DNA of 64,000 bases, taken from Bacteroidales bacterium (lineage in GTDB: Bacteria > Bacteroidota > Bacteroidia > Bacteroidales > UBA932). Every line of letters begins with the position of its first letter. Within the stretch, counting starts at the first letter, position 1. The notes under the pieces are model-generated. The model did no database searches and was not told the origin of the DNA. It saw only the letters and a list, made by a program, of their open reading frames with translations. The stretch is from positions 1,885 to 65,884 of the forward strand of contig VSOK01000003.1 in NCBI GenBank assembly GCA_009774765.1. The letters run 5' to 3'. Both the position numbers and the translations under genes were made by a program. Of the stretch, positions 8,471-17,419 are shown one piece after another.

Positions 8471-9254
8471 AGTTATTATGACCGCAGACTTTCTTTACAC
8501 AAACCATGTTTTACACGACTATATGATATACTACATTGTTCATTCAGATAAAACTGCTTGTGTGTAGTATTTTGAAACGGACATTTTTAATCTTACGATG
8601 ACTTTCTTTGTTATATTTTTATCAGATAGCTTTCGGCGGTTGGGGATGTATCTTGCATTGGCATTTGCCAAAGCCATTTTGATTCGGGCTTGCCCGTGTG
8701 CCACGAAATTTCTTTCGGAGGGGGGCCTAATACCCCAATAGGCATTCGTCGTCAAGTAGGCCGCCATACAATCTGCAAGCATAGGCGGTGGAATTGTCCG
8801 ATATATGACGGATTATGTGGCAGTCAAATGGATAAACAGCCTTTCCTTGTCGGAAGAGTTTAGGCCTCAATTCACAGACGGTTTTCAACCGACAAAAGGG
8901 AATGGAAAAAATTTGTTACCCGTAAGATGGCTTCATTACTTCATCGGGGCAGCATCAATGACGCAATTCTTCAATGGTTCATATACGACCGTCTGCTCTC
9001 AGTCTGCCAGCAATTCTTATGGGACACACGAAATGCCAAAGTCGTCTCAAGGAGCACCGATGCCTCCTACAAGTATTTGCCAGTTATCCATTATTTTCTA
9101 ACGGGAGACACTTTTTGTCGTAATTCGTCACTATCTTTGCCACATCAACAAGGGCTATACCGGTAATATCAACAATATATAATCTTCTGTAAATTGTCCC
9201 TAATTAGCTTGGGAGCAATAAATATCCGAACAATCATTTAAACAATTCCTTAAT

Positions 9255-9545
9255 ATGACGAAATTAAATAAAACTGAGTTTGTCTCACAAATCAATGGAC
9301 TGAAACAAGCTACAAGTGCGCATGGGGTTCTTTATACAGACATTAAAATAACAGGCGGCACCATTCATGGTATTAGGCAAAGTACGAAAAAAGAGTTCAA
9401 AATCAAGTTAGACAAACTATATGAAGCATATATTGATATAGAACCACAGCATCTGACAACAACAACATTGAAGCCGTATGTTGATAGGGTGCAATCTCCG
9501 AGTCTTGCAATTCTGAAAGCTATTGAAGAAAAACCAATCAGATAA
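9255..9545 (+). CDS. Hypothetical protein (96 aa)
   Basis: ATG start after an AT-rich leader; TATCTTTG box at 9132-9139; protein-like composition. Confidence 0.65.
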   Translation: MTKLNKTEFVSQINGLKQATSAHGVLYTDIKITGGTIHGIRQSTKKEFKIKLDKLYEAYIDIEPQHLTTTTLKPYVDRVQSPSLAILKAIEEKPIR

Positions 9546-9586
9546 TATTGCTAATTTTGTTCTGCGGATATGACACGTCCCCAAAG

Positions 9587-10534
9587 ATGAATATGAAACC
9601 AAAGGACAGAAAAATAGATATTATGGGTATCGTCAATATAACGGACGATTCCTACTACCGTGACAGCAGATGTATGGATGAAGGCGGCAATGCCGACATT
9701 CCCAAAGTGCTCGGAAGGATAGGGCAGATGATCCGCGAAGGAGCAACCGTCATAGACATAGGAGCCTGCTCCACACGCCCCGGCTCAGAACCTGTAGGAG
9801 AGGAGAATGAATGGAAAAGGCTTGAACCTGTGCTCGATGCCGTATGGAGGACATTTCCGGAAATACCAGTATCCGTCGATACCTATTGGGCCTCGGTCGT
9901 CAGCAATGCCTTCAGTCTCCTGACAGGCATAATACGCGGAAATATGACCGAAGACGGCTCCTGCGGCATCGAATCCGTCACTGAAGCAGTAAAAAGAAGA
10001 CTGATAGTCAATGACATATCATCAGGGGAAGAAGACAGCGGAATGCTGCCGCTCGTGGGGAAGCTCGGACTCACATACATCGCCATGCACAAACGCGGGA
10101 CACCGTTGACAATGCAAAGCCTCTGCGAATATGATGACATCATTGAAGATATACTCGCATATTTTCATCAGTTTTCAAAGAAAGCGGCATCAGCCGGAAT
10201 AAGGGACTGGGTCCTTGACCCCGGATTCGGATTCGCGAAGACAATCAGTCAGAATTACAGTCTTATGCGCGGACTCGACCGTTTTGCGGAGGAGAGATTC
10301 ACATCCGGTGAACTTAACGTGGCCGGTGCGGAAAATTCAGGAACACGCCACAGGATCCTGGTCGGAGTATCCAGAAAAAGTATGATATACAAGAAATTCG
10401 GAATAACTCCGGAAGAATCCCTCCCACAGACACAGGTCCTCCACCTGGCTGCACTGCAGAAAGGGGCGGACATACTCCGGGTCCACGATGTGGCGGAAGC
10501 TGCGCGCACTGCAGAATTATACAAGCTGCTGTAA
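9587..10534 (+). CDS. folP: Dihydropteroate synthase
   Basis: MGIVNITDDSY, IDIGACSTRPG, SVDTY, NDIS, LDPGFGFAKT, GVSRKS, ILRVHDV. Confidence 0.95.
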   Translation: MNMKPKDRKIDIMGIVNITDDSYYRDSRCMDEGGNADIPKVLGRIGQMIREGATVIDIGACSTRPGSEPVGEENEWKRLEPVLDAVWRTFPEIPVSVDTYWASVVSNAFSLLTGIIRGNMTEDGSCGIESVTEAVKRRLIVNDISSGEEDSGMLPLVGKLGLTYIAMHKRGTPLTMQSLCEYDDIIEDILAYFHQFSKKAASAGIRDWVLDPGFGFAKTISQNYSLMRGLDRFAEERFTSGELNVAGAENSGTRHRILVGVSRKSMIYKKFGITPEESLPQTQVLHLAALQKGADILRVHDVAEAARTAELYKLL

Positions 10535-10569
10535 AGGCTCAGCATACACCCGACTTTTGAATTTGCGCC

Positions 10570-10797
10570 CATATATACGCCTTGGTCTCGGCATAGTCAA
10601 AATAAACGGCTAAGCCGAATGCAGTCAAGCTTGTTTGGACTGCTGAGGCGGGAGTTTATTGTAAAACCGGAGGTTTTAAAATAAATTTTGCCTCTGCTCT
10701 CGACTTTGGCCAATTTGAGCTCCGCTCATATATACGCCTTGCGTTCGGCATAATCAAAGTAAACTTTGCTTCTGCTCTCACTTTTGGCTATATTTGC
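10570..10797. repeat. Tandem intergenic REP-like repeat, two units (first one interrupted)
   Basis: CATATATACGCCTTGnnnTCGGCATArTCAAArTAAAC at 10570-10607 and 10727-10764; TTTGCyTCTGCTCTC at ~10687 and ~10765. A related inverted copy lies at 53965-54009. Confidence 0.75.
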
Positions 10798-10823
10798 AGC
10801 CGGAAATAAAAAAATGACTTAAT

Positions 10824-12163
10824 ATGGAATTCAATTCACTTACAGCAGTTTCTCCCGTCGACGGACGATATGCCCGCCAGACGGAGCCTCTCAGGGAATA
10901 TTTCAGCGAATATGCACTGATCAGATACAGGGTCAGAGTAGAGATTGAATATTTCATCGCCCTGTGCAGCATCCCGCTCCCGCAGCTCGCCGACTTCGAT
11001 TCAGGCAAATTCGAGGCGTTGAGGGACATATACCGCAATATGACGGCCGAAGATGCAGCAAAAGTGAAAGAAATCGAAAAAGTGACCAACCACGACGTAA
11101 AAGCAGTAGAATATTACATCAAGGACAGGTTCAAGGAAATGGACATCCTCAAATGGGGTGAATTCGTACATTTCGGACTGACCTCACAGGACATCAACAA
11201 CACGTCAGTGCCGCTTTCATTCAAAGAAGCTATGGAAGAGGTATACCTCCCGCTCCTTCAGGAAGTCCTTGACACCATAACATCTTTCGCGGAACAGTGG
11301 AAAGACATCCCTATGCTTGCAAAGACACACGGACAGCCGGCATCCCCTACCCGTATGGGCAAGGAATTCAAGGTATTCCAGGTACGTATAGAAGAGCAGC
11401 TCAGGCAGCTGTCAGCTCTGACATATCCGGCAAAATTCGGCGGTGCGACAGGAAACATGAATGCGCACAAAGTCGCATACCCTTCTATAGACTGGATCGG
11501 ATTCGGCAACAGTTTCGTGGACTCTCTCGGACTGAAAAGATCATTCCCGACAACCCAGATAGAACATTACGACAATCTCGCGTCGCTGTTTGACAACATA
11601 AGGAGGATCAACACCATACTCATAGACCTCAGCCGTGATATCTGGACATATATCTCAATGGAGTATTTCCGCCAGAAAGTCAACAAGAATGAGGTCGGTT
11701 CATCGGCGATGCCTCACAAGGTAAACCCTATCGACTTCGAAAACGCTGAAGGAAATCTCGGAATAGCGGATGCCATCCTTACCCACCTCTCCATGAAGCT
11801 TCCTATATCGCGTCTGCAGAGAGACCTGACAGACTCCACTGTACTCAGGAATATTGGAATGCCGCTCGCACACGGAATCATCGCTCTGAACTCTCTCAAA
11901 AAAGGCCTCGGCAAACTGATCCTCAACGAAGATGCGATCAGAATGGACCTTGAAAGGAACTGGGCTGTAGTAGCGGAAGCCATACAGACTGTCCTCCGCA
12001 GGGAAAACTACCCTAATCCATACGAGACTCTCAAAGCCCTCACACGTACCGGGAAAGGCATCACCACGAGACCATCTCTGAATTCATCGATAATCTTGAA
12101 ATTGCAGAAAACGTAAAAGAGGAACTGAGGACAATATCCCCTATGACATATACAGGCTTCTAA
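10824..12163 (+). CDS. purB: Adenylosuccinate lyase, with apparent 1-bp frameshift near 12065
   Basis: SPVDGRY, TNHDVKAVEY, HFGLTSQD, GSSAMPHKVNPIDFEN. The ORF as given stops at 12116; the family-like C-terminus (ETISEFIDNL...ISPMTYTGF*) lies in a shifted frame ending at 12163. Confidence 0.93.
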
Positions 12164-12174
12164 GCCTGACCGCC

Positions 12175-12223
12175 AACAAAACAATCCGGCTGAAAAAAAT
12201 ATTTTCAGCCGGATTGTTTTGTT
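12175..12223. terminator. Bidirectional intrinsic terminator
   Basis: AACAAAACAATCCGGCTGAAAA / TTTTCAGCCGGATTGTTTTGTT inverted repeat between convergent purB and ftsB. Confidence 0.85.
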
Positions 12224-12228
12224 TAGTA

Positions 12229-12534
12229 TTATTCAGAAATCAGATATACGTCATCTCCCGCCTCGGTAAAATGAAACTGCTCCCGGGCAAACTTCTCAAG
12301 GGAATCCCTGTCGGACCTGAGCATTTTTATACGATGGTCCATCCGGTCAATCTGAGTCTGATATTCTATTATCTGTCTCTCCTGACGGGAAATCTCAAAA
12401 CCAGCCTTTATCCAGCGCACAAGATTGTTTCCAGGACCGAAAGCAATGATAAAAAAAGCAACGGATGTCACAACCGAAGCAAAAATGAAAAAGCTCCGGT
12501 GCTCACCTTTGAACAATTGTCTGATTTTTCCCAA
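12229..12534 (-). CDS. ftsB: Septum formation initiator (FtsB/DivIC family)
   Basis: Single TM, coiled coil, LEKFAREQF...GDDVY motif. Confidence 0.8.
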   Translation of the reverse strand: MGKIRQLFKGEHRSFFIFASVVTSVAFFIIAFGPGNNLVRWIKAGFEISRQERQIIEYQTQIDRMDHRIKMLRSDRDSLEKFAREQFHFTEAGDDVYLISE

Positions 12535-12639
12535 CTTTGAAAGATTTTAATTCTGTATGTCTGCAAAAATAATTATTTTTGGAAGATTTTTAAGAATCTG
12601 TATGATTTTTTGTCATCAATAAACATCAAATAAAATAAC

Positions 12640-13569
12640 ATGAAACCAACATTACTTGTTCTTGCTGCCGGTATGGGCAGCCGCTACGGCGGACTGAAAC
12701 AGATGGACGGTCTCGGACCAAATGGAGAGACAATCATTGACTACTCGATTTACGATGCTGTACAGGCCGGATTCGGAAAGGTTGTATATATAGTCAGAGA
12801 ATATTTCAAAGAACAGTTCGAGCAGGTTGTAAAAGAAAAATACAGCAATGTGAAATGCCTTGACGGTACACCGCTCCAGTTTGATTTTGTCATACAGGAA
12901 CTCAACAAGATTCCTGCAAAATTCACCCTCAACCCGGAAAGGCAGAAACCATGGGGAACGGCACATGCCGTGCTTATGGCAAAAGATGTGATAAAAGAGC
13001 CGTTTGCCGTAATCAACGGAGATGACTACTACGGCAAGGAATCCTTCAAAATAATTGCAGACTGGCTTATGGACCACGAGAACACTACAGGACAGTTCGC
13101 GATCGTAGGCTTCCAGCTTGACAACACGCTCTCTGAATCGGGAGGAGTATCAAGAGGAATCTGTACAGCCGATGCGGAAGGACAGCTTACCCACGTCGAA
13201 GAACACCACGAAATCGCAAAGGCAGAAGACGGAAACGTCTACGGAAACAACAGCAAGGGCGAGAAGGTGATGCTTGACAGCAAGGCACTCTGCTCTATGA
13301 ATATGTGGGGCTTCACTCAGGATTATTTCACAAAGAGCGAGGCTATATTCGAAAGTTTCCTTGAGCAGAACATCAATGAACTGAAAGCGGAATTCTATAT
13401 TCCTTTTGCAATAGATTCCATGATCAAAGACAACAGCGCGCAGACGGAGCTCCTTTCCACGCCTTCACACTGGTTCGGCGTCACATTCAAGGAAGACCGT
13501 CCAGGAGTCGTTGCCAAATTCCAGGAATTCGCGGACAAGGGAATCTACCCTACACCTTTGTACAGATAA
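12640..13569 (+). CDS. Sugar-phosphate nucleotidyltransferase family protein
   Basis: LAAGMGSRYGGLKQ, KPWGTAHA, VINGDDYYG, SMNMWGF. Confidence 0.9.
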   Translation: MKPTLLVLAAGMGSRYGGLKQMDGLGPNGETIIDYSIYDAVQAGFGKVVYIVREYFKEQFEQVVKEKYSNVKCLDGTPLQFDFVIQELNKIPAKFTLNPERQKPWGTAHAVLMAKDVIKEPFAVINGDDYYGKESFKIIADWLMDHENTTGQFAIVGFQLDNTLSESGGVSRGICTADAEGQLTHVEEHHEIAKAEDGNVYGNNSKGEKVMLDSKALCSMNMWGFTQDYFTKSEAIFESFLEQNINELKAEFYIPFAIDSMIKDNSAQTELLSTPSHWFGVTFKEDRPGVVAKFQEFADKGIYPTPLYR

Positions 13570-13570
13570 A

Positions 13571-14467
13571 ATGGTAAAAAGAAAAACAAGACCTTCATTC
13601 GACCTGTTCTCGGGATATAACTGGTATGTCCCGGGAATAAGCGGAATGTTTATGCTCCTTCTTATGTTTATAACAGGAGCAGTGCTCGGCAATGTCATCA
13701 CATTTGGTATGATGGTGATATCTCCTGAGCTCGCAGGCACATACGGAATGATGATATCATATCCCGTGATGTTCATACCTGCAATGCTCTATGCCGCATC
13801 AAAAAGCCGCAGGAACGAGATGTTCGAGACCGGATACGCGCTTGACAGCAGGAATTTCGGACCTTTCAGCAACTTTTCAATTGCCCTTGCAGTATCAATC
13901 GTAACTCTTGCACTGATATTCGTGCTCGATATCTTTACGGTAATCCTTCCTCCTATGCCGGAATACCTGGAAGAAGTATTCAAGAATATGATGGACGGAC
14001 CGCTCTGGATCACATTGATTTTAGTGTCTGTATTCGCTCCATTCTTCGAGGAATGGCTATGCCGCGGAATGATACTGAGAGGACTCCTGCAGAAGATGCA
14101 CCCTGCAGCAGCAATATGTATATCAGCCCTGTTCTTCGCCGTGATACATTTGAATCCATGGCAGGCAATACCTGCATTTGCTATAGGAATCGTACTCGGC
14201 TATGTCTATTACAGGACCGGATCGCTTAAGCTGACAATGCTTATGCACTGTGTCAACAACACGGTTGCCGCAGTATCGGGTCATCTTGACAGATTCAAAG
14301 ACGCTGATACATTTATGGATATCATGAGCACGCCTACTTATGTCTGTATGTACATACTGTGCATAGCGATGATCGCCCTGTTTTTCGTAAGGATGCGTGC
14401 GATTCCGATCCCTTTTGGACAGAGAAGCGGTTCTGACGTGCTTAACGCCGATACCCGGACTGAATAA
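13571..14467 (+). CDS. CPBP (CAAX/Abi) intramembrane metalloprotease
   Basis: APFFEEWLCRG, FAVIH, HCVNN; multiple TMs. Confidence 0.9.
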   Translation: MVKRKTRPSFDLFSGYNWYVPGISGMFMLLLMFITGAVLGNVITFGMMVISPELAGTYGMMISYPVMFIPAMLYAASKSRRNEMFETGYALDSRNFGPFSNFSIALAVSIVTLALIFVLDIFTVILPPMPEYLEEVFKNMMDGPLWITLILVSVFAPFFEEWLCRGMILRGLLQKMHPAAAICISALFFAVIHLNPWQAIPAFAIGIVLGYVYYRTGSLKLTMLMHCVNNTVAAVSGHLDRFKDADTFMDIMSTPTYVCMYILCIAMIALFFVRMRAIPIPFGQRSGSDVLNADTRTE

Positions 14468-14845
14468 TCATCTGATTTCTTTTCCGAAAGGAACAAATGC
14501 AAGCAATGCCATTTTGAAATGCTGTACACCGAAAGGTATACCGACGATCGTGGCACAGCACAATATACCGAATGTGATATGGATAAGGGAGATTTCAAAT
14601 CCTCCGACAATAATCCATATCACATTCATTATAATGGATAGCACGCTGACGCTGTCATTGTCGGACCGGACTTCGCTTCCGAATGGCCAGAGGGCGAAAA
14701 GTCCCATCTTGATAAGCTGTATGCCGAAAGGTATTCCTATGATTGTTAAACAAAACAACAGCCCGACCGCAAAATAATACAAGGAGACGATCAGACCTCC
14801 GAGTACAAGCCACAAAATGTTTCCCAAGAATTTCATAACTGTCAT
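14468..14845 (-). CDS. YccF domain membrane protein
   Basis: Duplicated NxxWxxxGG...TIxGIPFG...PFG units. Confidence 0.9.
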   Translation of the reverse strand: MTVMKFLGNILWLVLGGLIVSLYYFAVGLLFCLTIIGIPFGIQLIKMGLFALWPFGSEVRSDNDSVSVLSIIMNVIWIIVGGFEISLIHITFGILCCATIVGIPFGVQHFKMALLAFVPFGKEIR

Positions 14846-14920
14846 TTTTTAATAGTCACGGATTCCCGAAAAACAAAAACCGGTCCATAAATCCACTGGT
14901 CCCTTAGCGGCATCAGAATG

Positions 14921-15739
14921 TCACTGTCTTTCCACGAATTCCTCCGCAGGTCCGAGAGCATCAAGTTTGCCGACATCAAGCAGCTCCAGACCATTCTGCA
15001 GCACTCCATATACAGGATGCCGGGAGGCTACAGACAGATAAAAATCTGTAATAGGAAATCTTGCCCCATATTCCGACTGCTCTATCCCTTTCTCTCTGAG
15101 ATACTCCTCCATTATTCCGAAAATCCTGTCCGAAAGGATATGTATTCCTGAAAACGCAAGCATCCGGCACTTCAACGGATCGGCACTTCCGTCCACCATA
15201 CGATACTCACCGGCAGAAACATCGGTCCAGCCGGCCAGCCTCATTGAATCTGGTTCAAAAAGGAGATAACGTCTTGTCTTGCGTTCACTTACAAGCAACG
15301 TGGCGACAGCGTCATCACGGACCTGTCCAGCAAACCATTCTATATCACAATTGGAAAGGATGTCCACATTGTGGACAAGAAAGCTTCCGCATCCTTCAAG
15401 ATATTGCCTGGCGTGAAGAACTGCGCCTCCAGTCTCCAGAAGCATATTTCTTTCATCGCTGATACGGACTGACATCCTCCCGTCTCCATTGCTGTCCGCA
15501 GGATCCTGCAGCAGGCCTCCATCAACGGAAATCCACGGTCTGGCTTCAAGCCAGTCCTCTATCTTGTCCGCAAAATGGTGCACGTTCACCACAGCCCCTG
15601 AAATACCTGCATCCATAATCTTCCTCAAGACATACTCTATCAAAGGTCTGCCGCATACCGGCACAAGAGCTTTGGGAAGAGTATCCGTCAAAGGTTTGAG
15701 CCTTGTACCCAGACCAGCTGCAAAAATCATCGATTTCAT
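14921..15739 (-). CDS. murU: MurU-like nucleotidyltransferase
   Basis: MIFAAGLGTRLKPLTDTLPKAL, LLETGG, HNVDI, DVGK; coupled to the AmgK-like gene. Confidence 0.75.
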   Translation of the reverse strand: MKSMIFAAGLGTRLKPLTDTLPKALVPVCGRPLIEYVLRKIMDAGISGAVVNVHHFADKIEDWLEARPWISVDGGLLQDPADSNGDGRMSVRISDERNMLLETGGAVLHARQYLEGCGSFLVHNVDILSNCDIEWFAGQVRDDAVATLLVSERKTRRYLLFEPDSMRLAGWTDVSAGEYRMVDGSADPLKCRMLAFSGIHILSDRIFGIMEEYLREKGIEQSEYGARFPITDFYLSVASRHPVYGVLQNGLELLDVGKLDALGPAEEFVERQ

Positions 15740-17295
15740 ACGATCTCCTCTTCTATGCCCTGCTCACGGTGGACAAGGCGGATTCTGATACGGCCTGTAG
15801 AGTCAGCCGGAGAGCCTGCGCCGGATGACCGGGCGCAAAAATATTTATCGCGTATATGTGCGGCAAGATGCTCGGCGCAATAGACCGACCTGTGCTGCCC
15901 TCCGGTACACCCGCAGCTTGCCATCAGATGTGTGAAGCCACGGGACAGGAACCTGTCTATATGCTGGTCAACGGTCCAATACATTTTCTCAAGATATTCC
16001 TCCATCTGCCTGTCACCGGCAAAGAACCTTATGACATCCTCATCCCTTCCTGTCGACTTCCGGTACTGCTCATAACGTCCCGGATTGTTGAGCGAACGGC
16101 AGTCAAACACATAGCCACCTCCATTGCCGCTGCTGTCTTCCGGAATTCCTTTCTTGAATGAGAAGCTGTATATCTCAACCTCAAGAACGGGATTGCCGTC
16201 TGACGCTACGCAAGAGCATCCGGCTGAAACCTTTTCGCACAATCTTCTCAGCAGTGAATCCAGATAAGGATAATCAGCAAAAGGCTCCTGAAGCATCTGC
16301 CTGAGATTTGCAATCGCATACGGCACGCTGTCCATAAAATATTTCTTCTTCTCTATATAGCCCCTGAAGCCGTAGGCTCCGAGGACCTGCAGTGTCCTGA
16401 ACAGGGAAAACAGCCTGAGACCTCTATAAAAATCATCCCTGTCCACTTCCCTGTACTCTCTGAGGGCATCCATATATGCAGCCACCAGTTCTTCCTTCAG
16501 ATCAGACGGATACCGCGCACTCGCCTGCCAGATGAACGATGCGAGGTCATAATATGCAGGACCTTTACGTCCACCCTGGAAATCAATGAAATATAATTCC
16601 CCGTCACGTACCATTATATTGCGTGCCTGGAAATCCCTGTACATAAAAGTATCGTCCATACGACACAGAAGATCATCCCTGAAACGTTCAAAATCATCTT
16701 CCAGCATAGTCTCATTGAATTCCAGACCGCTCAATTTAAGAAAACAGTATTTGAAATAATTGAGGTCGAACATCACAGTCCTGCCGTTGAACTCAGGTTC
16801 CGGATAACAAATTCCGAAATCAAGACCCCGGGCACCCTCAAACTGTATTTTAGGAAGCATAGACACGGCACGGCAAAGAAGAGCACGTTCCTCAGCCCCA
16901 TATCCTCCCTCAGCAGCTTCAGCGGACGGAACGTCGGATGTACGCCCGGCCCCAGGACATCCGGGAACAGACTTCCTGCCTGAAGCCACGGCATCATAAA
17001 GCGAGACATCACCGAGATCTTCCTGCAGATAGGCCATTCCGTCCTCGCTCGCACAAAGGACTGCCGGCACAGGAATACCCTTGTCCCGAAAATGTCCGGC
17101 CAATGTGCAGAATGCCCTGTTTTCTTCTGCATCAGTCCCGATGACACCTATAAGAGACATATCGCCTCCCCTGAGCCTGTAATAACGTCTGTTGCTGCCT
17201 GCACCGGAAAGCGGGGAGACATCTTCCGGAGAAGCCCCGGTCACTTTTCTGAAAAGGTCGGCCAAACGCGTCCCGTCATTGTTCTTTAATGTCAT
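15736..17295 (-). CDS. amgK: AmgK-like phosphotransferase fused to RapZ C-terminal domain
   Basis: GAGSNRRYYR, QEDLGD, MYRDFQARNIM, IDFQG; C-terminal YSFSFKKGIP...FDCRSLNNP...GCTGGQHRSV. Confidence 0.8.
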   Translation of the reverse strand: MTLKNNDGTRLADLFRKVTGASPEDVSPLSGAGSNRRYYRLRGGDMSLIGVIGTDAEENRAFCTLAGHFRDKGIPVPAVLCASEDGMAYLQEDLGDVSLYDAVASGRKSVPGCPGAGRTSDVPSAEAAEGGYGAEERALLCRAVSMLPKIQFEGARGLDFGICYPEPEFNGRTVMFDLNYFKYCFLKLSGLEFNETMLEDDFERFRDDLLCRMDDTFMYRDFQARNIMVRDGELYFIDFQGGRKGPAYYDLASFIWQASARYPSDLKEELVAAYMDALREYREVDRDDFYRGLRLFSLFRTLQVLGAYGFRGYIEKKKYFMDSVPYAIANLRQMLQEPFADYPYLDSLLRRLCEKVSAGCSCVASDGNPVLEVEIYSFSFKKGIPEDSSGNGGGYVFDCRSLNNPGRYEQYRKSTGRDEDVIRFFAGDRQMEEYLEKMYWTVDQHIDRFLSRGFTHLMASCGCTGGQHRSVYCAEHLAAHIRDKYFCARSSGAGSPADSTGRIRIRLVHREQGIEEEIV

Positions 17296-17419
17296 AAGCC
17301 GTATTGCAAGATTATTGTTTACAAAAACGCAAATTTAGGCATTTGTTCCATTAAAAAATGTAAATTTGCATTGTTTTGGCAAAGTGGAAACGTTATTTTC
17401 ACTGAAAAGATTACTAAAT

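Larger units (their letters stand above)
3850..9545. other. AT-rich accessory island between tmk and folP (no integrase seen)
   Basis: Visibly lower GC than the flanks, with hypothetical genes, pseudogenes, a NERD nuclease and an ATPase between two divergent core genes. Boundaries approximate. Confidence 0.7.

Noticed and set aside
8480..9130. ORFs 8540-8782, 8805-9101, 8927-9166; a stop-riddled minus frame (MDNWQILVGG..); possible oriT-like words
   Set aside because: No recognisable motif, weak starts, and only short matches. Probably decayed or non-coding DNA.
10570..10797. CRISPR array
   Set aside because: Only two degenerate units, no regular unique spacers and no cas genes.
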